A DNA stretch of 52,681 bases from an uncultured Lachnospiraceae bacterium (GCA_964613425.1 CAZTHC010000002.1:1-52681), one strand, 5' to 3'. Shown: positions 1 through 10,044, counted from the stretch's first letter. Notes: generated by a model not told the origin, from the sequence alone. A program made the numbers and translations.

Positions 1-227
1 TTTATTAAAGCTTGTCTTAATTTACATTTTTCTTCTACAACATCTACTATATCATATACTATTCTGTTTTCTAGCCCCATAACAACATCTAGGTTTCTTA
101 ATCCTATATCTGTATCAACTAATACCACTTTTTTTCCAGCTAAAGCTAGGGCTGTACCAAGATTAGCTGTTGTTGTTGTTTTACCTACTCCACCTTTACC
201 TGATGTTACGACTATAACTTCTCCCAT
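1..227 (-). CDS. minD: Septum site-determining ATPase MinD, N-terminal 75 codons only (rest of gene lies left of the window)
   Basis: Reverse-complement translation from ATG at 227..225: [64 protein letters not shown]. Deviant Walker A KGGVGKTT is typical of MinD/ParA. Absent from the ORF track because it is truncated. Confidence 0.85.
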   Translation of the reverse strand, partial: MGEVIVVTSGKGGVGKTTTTANLGTALALAGKKVVLVDTDIGLRNLDVVMGLENRIVYDIVDVVEEKCKLRQALI

Positions 228-261
228 AAAATTTTTTTCCTCCTAAAATTTTACTTATTTT

Positions 262-2521
262 TTACTTATATATCTTATCTTTTTTTTTGCGAAAAGTCAA
301 TAAAATTCGTGATAAAAACACCGTTATAATTATTAATGCTAATATTGACACTATATATTTTAATGAATTATTTCTATTTTCTCCAAATGGTGGTAAAATT
401 GTAACTGAATCAGAAATATCACTATCTGTTTCAAAATTTATTTTACTTATTGGTCTAAAGTTTCCTGGAATTTGAGTATATGACCTTCTTCCTAATATAT
501 TTCCTCTAACTACAATTTCCACATAATTTGTATAAACCAAATCCTCTGAATCAGTTTCTGATGAAATTATTTTACTTAAAACTAATGGGAATGACATTTG
601 TTGTCCACTTGTTAAAGTAACATTTGAAATTTGATTTGTCGTCTTAATAACAGCTAATCTATTATCATTTATCTCTTTTATTACTTCATTATTTAACTCA
701 TTATAATTTGTTTCTAATTCCCATAATCCATTATTTTCTTCTTCACGGAAAATCATATTTGAACTTACATAACTATAAATTTTTACAGCACTAGTCGTCA
801 TTTCAGAGTTATCTGTGCCAAAATAGTTTGACAAAGAATCAAATTCACTGTTATTAACTACATTTATACCGTATTTTACTGTTATCGTTGCTCCTTGCAT
901 AATTTCTTTATCCATATATGCATGAATTGGTCCAATTCTATTGAGTCCCCAGTTAAATAAATTTTTCGTTAAGTCTTCTGACGTATCTATTAATATTGTG
1001 CCATCTGACAATGTAATTTTTATGCTTTCAACTTCTTCAGTAATTGACAAATCTACTTTTGGTCTTTCTACTAATCCCATATTTAATTCCTCTAAATGTG
1101 TATTGTTACCAAGAAGTTCTATATTGTCTGTCCTTGCAATCATTTTAGAGTAATCTTCTAAAGCTTGAGCTCCTCTTATTCCTGCAAGAGACTCTGCTTT
1201 TTTATTATCCATACTAAATAGTTTTGAGAATTGTAATGCTCTTGTAATCATATCGTCTTTACCATATGAAGCCTGTTTTTCTATGCTTATAAATGAATCA
1301 ATTGTATCATTTATTATTTCTTTTGCAAATAAACTTGAAATATAATCATCATCTATAACATATAATCTATCAGCACTTGGTTCTTTATATGTTCCAAATA
1401 TTCTTTCTACTGTCCCAGATTGTATTTCATATGAATCACGAGCCATTTTCTCTATAAAATCTGGATCATCAAAAGCTTCCCAATTTCCACTACTATGTAC
1501 AACTTCAGCATAAACCTGTTCCTCTGTTAATAATGTGATAGCTGTTGTTAAATCCACTCTTGTATCTTTCTTTAGCTGTTTCAATGCGTTCAAAGTATCT
1601 TCCTCTATATTTGAATTTTCAAATACAAAGTGAGGAATCTCTTCTTCATCCCATATAACCTCTGTTATTGAGCTACAAGGAATTCCATCTGTAAACATTA
1701 CAGCAATTGTTTTATAATCTGAGTTTACAATTCCTTGTAGTTGATTTAATGCTACTGTAGTATTTGTATTTCCTATGCACTCCATCGTATCTGGTAAATC
1801 TCTTCCATCTAAATTGTATGTTACGGCATCGTCACTAAAACATATTAAAAGATATGAAGATATAACATTCATTTGCCTAAATTGTTCCAACATCTTTTGA
1901 GCCGCTGGTAAAACTTTTTTAATTCTTCCTTCACTGTTCAAATCTTCTAAGCAGCATCTATCTAATCCGTAATCCCTTTTGACTACGTGGTATCGTACAT
2001 CTACATGCAAAACCTGGAGAATTTTTTAAATATTCTACATTAATAGGTGCCATACTAGAAGAAGTATCTATTATAAGCACAAGCCTTATTGGCAACTCAT
2101 TTTTTGTTATATTCTTTGCAAGTGTAGTTCTGTAATCTTGTCCATTATAAAACTTATAAAATGAACTTGATTTATTGTATGTATTAATTTCTAAATTTAG
2201 CTCTTTTTGCATTTGTTCTTTAGTTCCATATTCAAATTCAATTCTATAATTTCCTGCTGGTAATTCACTAAATTTGTAGTATCCATTTCTATCAGTTTCC
2301 ATGGTAGAAATCACTTTATTATCGCATACTATATTTACTTTTATACCCTCTAGCATTTTTTCTTCCTCATCATATATGCCATTTTCATTTATATCATCCC
2401 ATACATAACCTTCAAATGAGTTATTACTTTTCCCTGGTTGATACATTTCTGCATTACTACATAAATTAAAGCAAGTAAATAGTAGTAAAAAAAACATTAT
2501 TAATATTATTTTATTTTTCAT
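262..2521 (-). pseudogene. Surface adhesin-like protein: signal peptide, SdrD/Cna-B-type fold, vWA domain, ~400-aa C-terminal region, C-terminal TM anchor. One +1 frame break near 1967..1969.
   Basis: ORF 1958..2521 has a signal peptide, a Cna-B-like stretch (GYVWDDINENG...NGYYKFSELPAGNYRIEFEY) and the vWA MIDAS motif LVLIIDTSSSM. ORF 262..2010 continues the same vWA domain (VMFTDGIP). It ends LPPFGENRNN, hydrophobic helix, RKKKDK. Skipping one C in tta-C-gga joins the two frames. Confidence 0.7.
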
Positions 2522-2545
2522 ACCAATTCACCTGCCTTTTGTTTT

Positions 2546-2569
2546 GGGGCAAGCGCTGTTTGCCCCTAC
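2546..2569. repeat. REP-like GC-rich hairpin unit (divergent copy)
   Basis: GGGGCAA gcgctgt TTGCCCC followed by CTAC, preceded by TTTT. Same architecture as the family at 7701, 27311 and elsewhere, but the 3' flank has decayed. Confidence 0.4.
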
Positions 2570-2639
2570 TTATTCTATACTAGTGTCATATTGAGCGTAA
2601 CGAAGTAAACCCGAAACATCTCAATAATTTGTTTTATAT

Positions 2640-3782
2640 TTAATTTATTCCAAATCTTTGCTTATCTATTTTATAATTGTTAGCAATTTCATCTTGTGTT
2701 AGATCTTTATTATATATTCTTACTGCATACAAATCCATTTTTGAACCTTGGTTAAATGTTGGAGTAAATGATCCTAAAGATATATATGTTCCGTTTGTTG
2801 CATTTGAAAAAGCTACATTATATGCTTTTCTAATACCATCGATATATACATCATAGTATAATGAACCATTTATTGTTTTCCATTGTAGAACATAACTAGT
2901 AATAGGATTTGTAACTTGCACTACAGTTTGAACTGCTGGGTTTCCTTTACATACTCCTCCGGATATTCCCCCAAAATACGTTCTAACATTTGCATCACTT
3001 CTTGCAACATACGATCCACTGTAGTGTCTAGCAACTATCTCTATACAAGCATTAGCTCCACTTATACTCATATATCTATATGCTACATCGTCTATTCCAT
3101 CAAAAGCCAAATATGTATCATGCCATCCACTTTCTTCTGTTCCATTAAATCCTGTCATTGTTGCGCTATAATTGTTTCCACTTAAATCAACCCAATTAAT
3201 TGCTGAATTATTATGTGGAAGTTGCAATCCTGAATTTCTAATTCCATCATAATGTAAAATTAAGTTGTTTCTTACATAACCTAATTCACTTGTTACATAT
3301 TTAAACCCCGTTTTTTGAGTATATACATATGGAACATTATTTACCATTATAGTTATAGTTTTTCCATTTCCTTCTAATTTGCAAGTGTTAGGAATACTAT
3401 ATCCTACTGGTGTCCAATCATTTATATTAGCTACACTTCTTTGCAAATTGTTCATTAATACATAGGTTCTATTGCTATTTCCAAAGACATATCTTTTTCC
3501 ATTTTCTTCGTTAATTACAACGGTTTCATTTGAACCTATCTTTCCTAATTGCTCCATTGTATAAATAGGTACTACTGCATCGTTGCTAAAAAGGCTATTA
3601 TATACATCTATTTCATTTAAGCTAGGGTCATACTTTTTTCGTATTTCTGCATTTGCTTCTAATTGAGTTTGATGTCTATTCGTTTGTATAACGTATATTC
3701 CCATTAAAAACATAGTTAAAAATAACATTGCAATTAATACATATAAAGTTATTGCCCCTTTTTGACTCTTTAATTTTATCAT
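2640..3782 (-). CDS. Pseudopilin-like (PilX-N type) N-terminus fused to a LamG/concanavalin-like lectin domain
   Basis: Start moved to the ATG at 3782, behind RBS AGGGGGA. N-terminus is MIKLKSQKGAITLYVLIAMLFLTMFLMG (K-G then a hydrophobic helix, no Glu5, as in minor pilins). C-terminus MDLYAVRIYNKDLTQDEIANNY is typical of a LamG domain end. Confidence 0.6.
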   Translation of the reverse strand: MIKLKSQKGAITLYVLIAMLFLTMFLMGIYVIQTNRHQTQLEANAEIRKKYDPSLNEIDVYNSLFSNDAVVPIYTMEQLGKIGSNETVVINEENGKRYVFGNSNRTYVLMNNLQRSVANINDWTPVGYSIPNTCKLEGNGKTITIMVNNVPYVYTQKTGFKYVTSELGYVRNNLILHYDGIRNSGLQLPHNNSAINWVDLSGNNYSATMTGFNGTEESGWHDTYLAFDGIDDVAYRYMSISGANACIEIVARHYSGSYVARSDANVRTYFGGISGGVCKGNPAVQTVVQVTNPITSYVLQWKTINGSLYYDVYIDGIRKAYNVAFSNATNGTYISLGSFTPTFNQGSKMDLYAVRIYNKDLTQDEIANNYKIDKQRFGIN

Positions 3783-3839
3783 TTGAAATTCCCCCTGTAT
3801 TAACAATTCTTTGGTTGCCGAGGAGGCCAACCAATATAA

Positions 3840-5273
3840 TTACATTAATATTCTAGCCATTTCTACTCCAGAGCATGATGCCATCATTAAACCTCTTGTC
3901 ATTCCTCCACCATCTCCAATACAGTATAAACCATGTACGTTAGATTCAAAGTTATTGTCTACTAGTACTTGATTACTATAGAATTTTATTTCTGGCCCAT
4001 ATAATAAGTTATCTGGATTTGCAAATCCTTCTACCACTTTATCCATAGCTCTAATAAATTCTATAATATCTGTCATTGTTCTATATCCTAATGCAAAAGT
4101 TATATCTCCTGCAACTGCAGATTTTAATGTTGGAACTACAGAGTTTTTTTGTAATTCATTCTCCCAAGTTCTTTTTCCTCTATAAATATCTCCTAATCTT
4201 TGAACAACTACATTTCCTGCACCTAATTCATTTAAGTTTTTAGCTATATTTCTTCCATATTCAATTGGTTTATTAAATGGATAGTTAAAATTATGAGATA
4301 CTAAAATTGCTAAATTCGTATTTGTACTTTTTCTTTCTTTATATGAATGTCCATTTACTAGAGATATATCGTTATCATACACTTCTGTCGAAACAAATCC
4401 ACTTGGATTTTGACAAAATGTTCTTACTTTATCTTTAAAAGGTCCTGGTTTTCCTACGAATTTTCCTTCATACATATATTTATTAATATTTGCCATAACT
4501 GAATCTGGTAATTCAAATCTTACGCCAATATCAACAATTCCTGCTTTTGTTTTTATTTTATGCTTATCACACATTTCAACAAGCCAGTTTGCACCTTTTC
4601 TTCCAACTGCTAAAACTACTTTTTCTGCATATAATTCTTGCGTATTATATGTTCTATCTGTTACAAATTTAGCTGGTTTAATTTTAACACCTTTAATAAT
4701 TTCATCTTCAATAATTAAGTCATCAACTGTTGTTTCAAATAAAATATCTATTCCGTTTTCTAATAAATACTTCTCAAGTTTTCCATATAATTCATGACTT
4801 TTCTCTGTCCCTAAATGTCTTATTGGTATATCTATTAAAGTTAAGCCTTCTTTTTTAGCTTTATCTGCAATCTCTGTAATTTCTTTTTTATATTCTGTTC
4901 CTTCTAATTTAGGATCAGCGCCAAATTTTAAATAAATCTGGTCTGTATAACCTATTAATTCCTTAGTTTTATTAACTCCTATATATTCGTGTAAATTGCC
5001 ACCTATATGGATTTCATCATCTTCTTTATTATATAAAGATAATTTTCCATCTGAAAATGCTCCTGCTCCTGAAAATCCGCAAGTTATATTGCACATTGGC
5101 TTACATTTAACACAATTTCCTGTTTTTTCTATTGGGCAAAATCTGTCTTCTACCCTTTTTCCTTGCTCTATAAGCAATACTTTTTGATGTTTATTCTTTT
5201 GTAAAAGTTCATATGCTAAAAATATAGCACTTGGACCTGCTCCAACAACAATTATGTCATAGTCATTTTGCAT
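3840..5273 (-). CDS. FAD-dependent dehydrogenase (COG2509-like)
   Basis: N-terminal YDIIVVGAGPSAIFLAYEL dinucleotide fold, Cys-rich CPIEKTGNCVKCKPMCNITCGFSGAGAFSDGKL segment, C-terminal GDGGGMTRG. Confidence 0.75.
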   Translation of the reverse strand: MQNDYDIIVVGAGPSAIFLAYELLQKNKHQKVLLIEQGKRVEDRFCPIEKTGNCVKCKPMCNITCGFSGAGAFSDGKLSLYNKEDDEIHIGGNLHEYIGVNKTKELIGYTDQIYLKFGADPKLEGTEYKKEITEIADKAKKEGLTLIDIPIRHLGTEKSHELYGKLEKYLLENGIDILFETTVDDLIIEDEIIKGVKIKPAKFVTDRTYNTQELYAEKVVLAVGRKGANWLVEMCDKHKIKTKAGIVDIGVRFELPDSVMANINKYMYEGKFVGKPGPFKDKVRTFCQNPSGFVSTEVYDNDISLVNGHSYKERKSTNTNLAILVSHNFNYPFNKPIEYGRNIAKNLNELGAGNVVVQRLGDIYRGKRTWENELQKNSVVPTLKSAVAGDITFALGYRTMTDIIEFIRAMDKVVEGFANPDNLLYGPEIKFYSNQVLVDNNFESNVHGLYCIGDGGGMTRGLMMASCSGVEMARILM

Positions 5274-5390
5274 AAAACATCAACTCCCTTATACATTAAA
5301 TATATCATAAAAGAAATATATGTACAAGAGATTTCGACAAGAAAAATGCTGCTTATGTTTTTGCTGTATATAGCAATGCAATAGTATTAA

Positions 5391-5421
5391 AAAGAAAATC
5401 GCGGATTATACAATCCGCGAA
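5391..5421 (-). terminator. Rho-independent terminator after the PhoH-like gene
   Basis: 9-bp stem TCGCGGATT / AATCCGCGA with a 5-nt loop. On the minus strand it is followed by TTTTCTTTTT. Confidence 0.6.
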
Positions 5422-5440
5422 AAAATTAAAATTATAAGAT

Positions 5441-6790
5441 TTACCTTAAAGCTTTTACAGCCCACTCAGCCAAGTCGCCTCTAACAATTTCTTCCTCTGT
5501 AAATAACATCTGCCTGCATCCATTGTAGCTGCCTTTTGCTTTTTCTGAGAGATATACTATGCCGTTATATCTCTCATTTAATTTTAAAGAATCTACCTGT
5601 GAAGCATCACCAAGGAATACAAACTTAGAACCTTCTGCTGCTCTCGATACAATAGGCTTAATAATATCCGGGTCAACGTTCTGAGCTTCATCGATTATAT
5701 AGAAGTAATCTGATATATTTCTTCCTCTTAGATAACCAATGGGTTGAATGTCTACTAACCCTTCCTCCAATAATTTGTCAGCAGTTTTATTGATTCCAAA
5801 TTTTTTTAACAACTGATTCAGATTGTCTACAACTCCTCCAATATAAGGAGCCATTTTTTCGTCAATATCTCCTGGTAAAAAACCAATTTGCTCATCTCCA
5901 ATAGTCTGAACTGGTACGCTAATAAGAATTTTTTCATACTTTTTTTCCTGCATGGTTTGCTGTAATGCCACTCCAAGAGAGCAAAAAGTTTTTCCAGTAC
6001 CGGCCGGGCCTTTAAGAATTGTAAGCTTAGTATCTTCATTTAAAAGAGCATCCAATGCAAGTTTCTGCCCAATATTTTTGGGAGCAATATTAAATGATTT
6101 TAAATTAAGGTTTTCCAACTCTACAATTTTTTCTCCATCAAATCTAGCACAAATATTGCTAGATTCACAAGAAATATGAAGATACATATTATTTACCCAC
6201 TCAAAGGTATTATATTCATATATATCTTCCACATTAACGCTTTTGCCATTATAAAGATCACTAATAACAGCCTTTGTTGCAAAGCAATTAATTCTTCCCT
6301 TATACTGTTGCTCTAACTTAGGAAACAGTTCATCCTTGTATGGTTCTGCATCAATTCCCAATATTTTCGCCTTAATGCGCAGAATTGGATTGTTTGTAAT
6401 AAAAGTTACATTTTTTCCTTCTTTTTTTACGCCTAATGCAACCTGCAGAGCTCTTTTGTCGGGATCAGATATACTATCAGAATTCACAGTAATATCCTTG
6501 TAGTTAGTAGCAATCCTAAGAATACTTCCATTTGCTTGGACAACTCCTTTTTCTGAAGTTATCTCCCTAGTATTAAAGGAATCTACGTATTCTAAAATTT
6601 GCCGTGCAATTTTTCTTTTTGAAAGTGTTAATGTTTTCTTGGTCTCCTGAAGTCTTTCTAGAACAGCCATTGGGATAATTACCTCATTATCTTCTCCGAA
6701 GCTTAATAAACTTTCTGAAGAGGATAACACTGCATGAGGGTTTAAAATAAATGTCTTCCTAATCCGTTCACTGCTAGAATTTGTAGCCAT
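5441..6790 (-). CDS. PIN-domain plus PhoH-like ATPase (YlaK family)
   Basis: Walker A GPAGTGKTF, Walker B YFYIIDEAQN, PhoH-type C-terminus. N-terminal ~140 aa are PIN-like (KTFILNPHAVL ... VIIPMAVLERL). Confidence 0.8.
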   Translation of the reverse strand: MATNSSSERIRKTFILNPHAVLSSSESLLSFGEDNEVIIPMAVLERLQETKKTLTLSKRKIARQILEYVDSFNTREITSEKGVVQANGSILRIATNYKDITVNSDSISDPDKRALQVALGVKKEGKNVTFITNNPILRIKAKILGIDAEPYKDELFPKLEQQYKGRINCFATKAVISDLYNGKSVNVEDIYEYNTFEWVNNMYLHISCESSNICARFDGEKIVELENLNLKSFNIAPKNIGQKLALDALLNEDTKLTILKGPAGTGKTFCSLGVALQQTMQEKKYEKILISVPVQTIGDEQIGFLPGDIDEKMAPYIGGVVDNLNQLLKKFGINKTADKLLEEGLVDIQPIGYLRGRNISDYFYIIDEAQNVDPDIIKPIVSRAAEGSKFVFLGDASQVDSLKLNERYNGIVYLSEKAKGSYNGCRQMLFTEEEIVRGDLAEWAVKALR

Positions 6791-6926
6791 ACTTATTCTC
6801 CAATCTTATAATTTTAAAAAGTACCTTTTTCGAATTGACGAATAAGGTTGAAACTTTTTATGTATATTATTATACAATTTTTTGTATAAAAAAGCAATAC
6901 TTTACATAAAAGTATTGCTTTAAAAT

Positions 6927-7589
6927 TTAAATTTGGACCTGCACATTATTAATGCAAATAATGGGAAGCTTATCCCTATCAATCCCAATGCTTTTACATA
7001 GTACAAGTATTTTGAAACCAGATAATAATACAAAATTTTTATCTACTATTATTGGTTTGCAAATATTACCATACTTCTTATAATGGCGTCTTGTCTTTCG
7101 TAATTCATTAGAAGATAATCCCTGATTTAGGTCTATTCTTACAAGAATATCTCCTATTTCTCTTTCATTGTTTTCCAACCACTCATCTGGTAAGTCATAT
7201 CCAATTGTAGTCCTTATTTTCTCTTGTTGTTTTAAAACAGTTGAATGAAAATTTTCTTGTTCCTGACGAGTTTCGAGTTTTCTAAACTCCTCATATTGTG
7301 CAATAGTATAATCATTCTTATTTCTGTTGCATTTTTCACAACAAGGGAAGAGATTATTAGTAATTGTAGGTCCACCCATTGATTCTGGATAACCATGGTC
7401 TAATGTTTCTTCTCCGTCTTTCAGTGGACGTCCACAGTAGACACATTTTTTGCCTTTTAATTCGTAGGTTAACTCATACATTAAACTCCGAAATTTAACA
7501 TCTCCTTTAATCTTTAAAGTGTTTTCCTGTACATTGGCATAACCATTTTTAGATTCGTAGCTGAAACTTTGTGGTAAGTCGATATTCAT
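6927..7589 (-). CDS. HNH endonuclease domain protein with a ParB/Srx-like C-terminal region
   Basis: CVYCGRPL...LDHGYPESMGGPTITNNLFPCCEKCNRNKN (HNH). C-terminus KPIIVDKNFVLLSGFKILVLCKSIGIDRDKLPIICI resembles a ParB N-terminal-like fold. RBS AGGAGGG. Confidence 0.6.
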   Translation of the reverse strand: MNIDLPQSFSYESKNGYANVQENTLKIKGDVKFRSLMYELTYELKGKKCVYCGRPLKDGEETLDHGYPESMGGPTITNNLFPCCEKCNRNKNDYTIAQYEEFRKLETRQEQENFHSTVLKQQEKIRTTIGYDLPDEWLENNEREIGDILVRIDLNQGLSSNELRKTRRHYKKYGNICKPIIVDKNFVLLSGFKILVLCKSIGIDRDKLPIICINNVQVQI

Positions 7590-7700
7590 CGAATTCCCTC
7601 CTAAAGATTATTTTAAATATGCTAATATAATAGTATAATATTTTCATGAGAAAGTCAACATATATGACATTTTTCGACAAAATTATTGTCGATAGTAAAA

Positions 7701-7850
7701 GGGCGTATGTAATACGCCCCCTACATTTGCAATAAATTTGTAATTTCGTTGTGGGTCGTCGAGGACGCCGACCCCTACAGGTTACAATATATTTTGCATG
7801 AAATTTGGTTTGTGGGCAGACACAAAACCTGCTCCCTACGGTTATTAAAT
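7701..7850. repeat. Three tandem REP-like units (starts 7701, 7753, 7814)
   Basis: Unit 1: GGGCGTAT gta ATACGCCC cCTACATTTGCAATAAATTTG. Unit 2: GGGTCGTC gaggac GCCGACCC CTACAGGTTACAATATATTTTGCATG. Unit 3 (weaker): GGGCAG...CTGCTCCC TACGG. Confidence 0.65.
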
Positions 7851-7874
7851 AATCAATAACAAAATACAGATTTT

Positions 7875-8831
7875 TTACTCACCTTTATTTGTCATTTCTT
7901 CTAAATCTAATAATTCTTGCCATCTTGCATCTACTTCTTTTTGAAATTCCTCTATCATCCATTCGTTTCCTGGATTAAACATATGTTTAAATCTCTTTTG
8001 TGGACGTAAAAATTCTTCTATTGGTAATTTATTTTTTGGTTTATAGTTTACTGTGTATTTACCATTTTCAACTTCATATAATGGCCAATAACATGTTTCT
8101 ACTGCTAATTTATTTATATTCATTAAATCATCTGTTGCATATCCCCAACCTCTTGGGCATGGCGCTAATACATTCATAAATTTTGCACCTTCTGTATATA
8201 TAGCTTTTTCAGATTTTTCATATAAATCTTTGAAATTTCCAATTGCTGCTGTTTGTGCAACATATGGTAAGTGATGTCCTACCATTATTTTTGTTAAGTC
8301 TTTTCTTGATTGCATTTTTCCAGGAATTACTTTTCCTGCTGGAGTTGTTGTTGTATCTGCAAATTTTGGTGTTGCAGATGAACGTTGAATTCCTGTATTC
8401 ATGTATGCTCCGTTATCGTAGCATACATATAACATATCATGACCTCTTTCCATTGCACCAGATAAACTCTGAAGTCCTATATCATAAGTTCCTCCATCTC
8501 CACCAAATGCAATAAATTTTGTATGTTCATCTTCTGGCAATTTGCCTTGTTTTTTCATAGATTTATATGCTGCTTCAACTCCTGAACATGTTGCCCCAGA
8601 GCTTTCAAATGCTGTGTGTATAAAAGAATCTGTCCAAGCTGTATATGGATATATAAATGTAGATACCTCCATACAACCTGTGGCACTTGTTATTACTGCA
8701 CGGTCTTCTGGTTTTAGTGCTCTTAATATCATTCTTGTAATTGGTGGTGCTCCACACCCTGCACACATTCTATGTCCAGCTGTTAATCTTGATGGCTTTT
8801 CAGCCACTACTTCTTTTAAATTATATGCCAT
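7875..8831 (-). CDS. 2-oxoacid:ferredoxin oxidoreductase beta subunit (por/vor type, TPP-binding)
   Basis: MAYNLKEV..., CAGCG, GGDGGTYDIG TPP motif. Start moved to the ATG at 8831, behind AAGGAGG. Confidence 0.85.
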   Translation of the reverse strand: MAYNLKEVVAEKPSRLTAGHRMCAGCGAPPITRMILRALKPEDRAVITSATGCMEVSTFIYPYTAWTDSFIHTAFESSGATCSGVEAAYKSMKKQGKLPEDEHTKFIAFGGDGGTYDIGLQSLSGAMERGHDMLYVCYDNGAYMNTGIQRSSATPKFADTTTTPAGKVIPGKMQSRKDLTKIMVGHHLPYVAQTAAIGNFKDLYEKSEKAIYTEGAKFMNVLAPCPRGWGYATDDLMNINKLAVETCYWPLYEVENGKYTVNYKPKNKLPIEEFLRPQKRFKHMFNPGNEWMIEEFQKEVDARWQELLDLEEMTNKGE

Positions 8832-8844
8832 TTTATTAACCTCC

Positions 8845-10026
8845 TTATTCACGTATTCCTAAATATCTATATGGATTTTCTACTTTTCCTGTTTGTACAA
8901 TTTCTTGTAAATCAGTATATACTTTTTCTAAATCATCTACTTTTGTATCTCTTCCACCAATTCCATATATATAATTTACTGTTGGAACATTTACTTTATT
9001 TACAAACATTGCTGATGTTACATCTTCAAACAATGCTCCACCAACTGCATTTAAAGAGTCTGCTTTATCTAATACTGCTATTGCTTTTACATGAGATATT
9101 GCTTTTGCAATTTCTTCTGCTGGGAAAGGTCTAAATACACGTAATTTTAATAAACCTGCTTTTATTCCTTCTTCTCTTAATTTATCTACTGTATATTTTG
9201 CTGTTCCTGCAGTAGAGTTCATACATATAATTGCAATTTCAGCATCTTCTAATTTATATTCTTCGAAAAAGCTGTATTTTCTTCCTGTAAGCTTTTCAAA
9301 TTCTTCTGCTACTTCTAAAATTACTTTTTTTGCGTTTACCATTGCTCTAGCTTGTTGAACTTTGTGCTCGAATAAATATGCTTGTAAATCTAAAGGTCCT
9401 ACAGCTATTTGCTCTTTATTGTTTAATAAATAGTGCTCTGGATTATATTTTCCAACAAATTCCTTTGCTTTATCATCTTCTAATAATTCTATATTTTCTA
9501 TAGAATGTGATGTTATAAATCCATCTTGGCAAACCATTAATGGTAGCATTACATCTTTATGTTCAGCTATTCTGTGTGCCATAAGCATATTATCATATGC
9601 TTCTTGATTATTTTCTGAAAATAATTGTATCCATCCAGAATCTCTAACTCCCATTGCATCTGAATGGTCATTATGAATATTTAATGGCCCAGATACAGCT
9701 CTATTTACTAATGACATTACTATTGGTAATCTAGAGCTTGATGCTATATATATCATTTCCCACATTAATGATAATCCATTTGAAGATGTTGCTGTCATTG
9801 CTCTTGCTCCTGCTGCTTCAGCTCCTATACATGCACTCATTGCACTATGTTCACTTTCTACAGCTACAAATTCTGTATCAACTGCTCCATTACTTACAAA
9901 TGTTGAAAAGTACTGTGGTATTTCTGTAGAAGGTGTTATTGGAAATGCTGCTACAACATCTGGATTAATTTGTTTCATTGCTATTGCTGCCGCTTCATTA
10001 CCACTTAATCTCTCTCTAATTGACAT
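8845..10026 (-). CDS. 2-oxoacid:ferredoxin oxidoreductase alpha subunit
   Basis: LSGNEAAAIAMKQINPDVVAAFPITPSTEI and overall POR/VOR alpha-subunit organisation. Lies in the operon with the beta, delta and gamma subunits. Confidence 0.85.
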   Translation of the reverse strand: MSIRERLSGNEAAAIAMKQINPDVVAAFPITPSTEIPQYFSTFVSNGAVDTEFVAVESEHSAMSACIGAEAAGARAMTATSSNGLSLMWEMIYIASSSRLPIVMSLVNRAVSGPLNIHNDHSDAMGVRDSGWIQLFSENNQEAYDNMLMAHRIAEHKDVMLPLMVCQDGFITSHSIENIELLEDDKAKEFVGKYNPEHYLLNNKEQIAVGPLDLQAYLFEHKVQQARAMVNAKKVILEVAEEFEKLTGRKYSFFEEYKLEDAEIAIICMNSTAGTAKYTVDKLREEGIKAGLLKLRVFRPFPAEEIAKAISHVKAIAVLDKADSLNAVGGALFEDVTSAMFVNKVNVPTVNYIYGIGGRDTKVDDLEKVYTDLQEIVQTGKVENPYRYLGIRE

Positions 10027-10044
10027 TTTTACTCATTCCTTTCT

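Noticed and set aside
7701-7850. Tandem hairpin units considered as a small CRISPR array.
   Set aside because: The pattern is the reverse of CRISPR: the flanks are conserved and the palindromic cores vary. Spacing is irregular, there are only 2 to 3 units per site and there are no cas genes.
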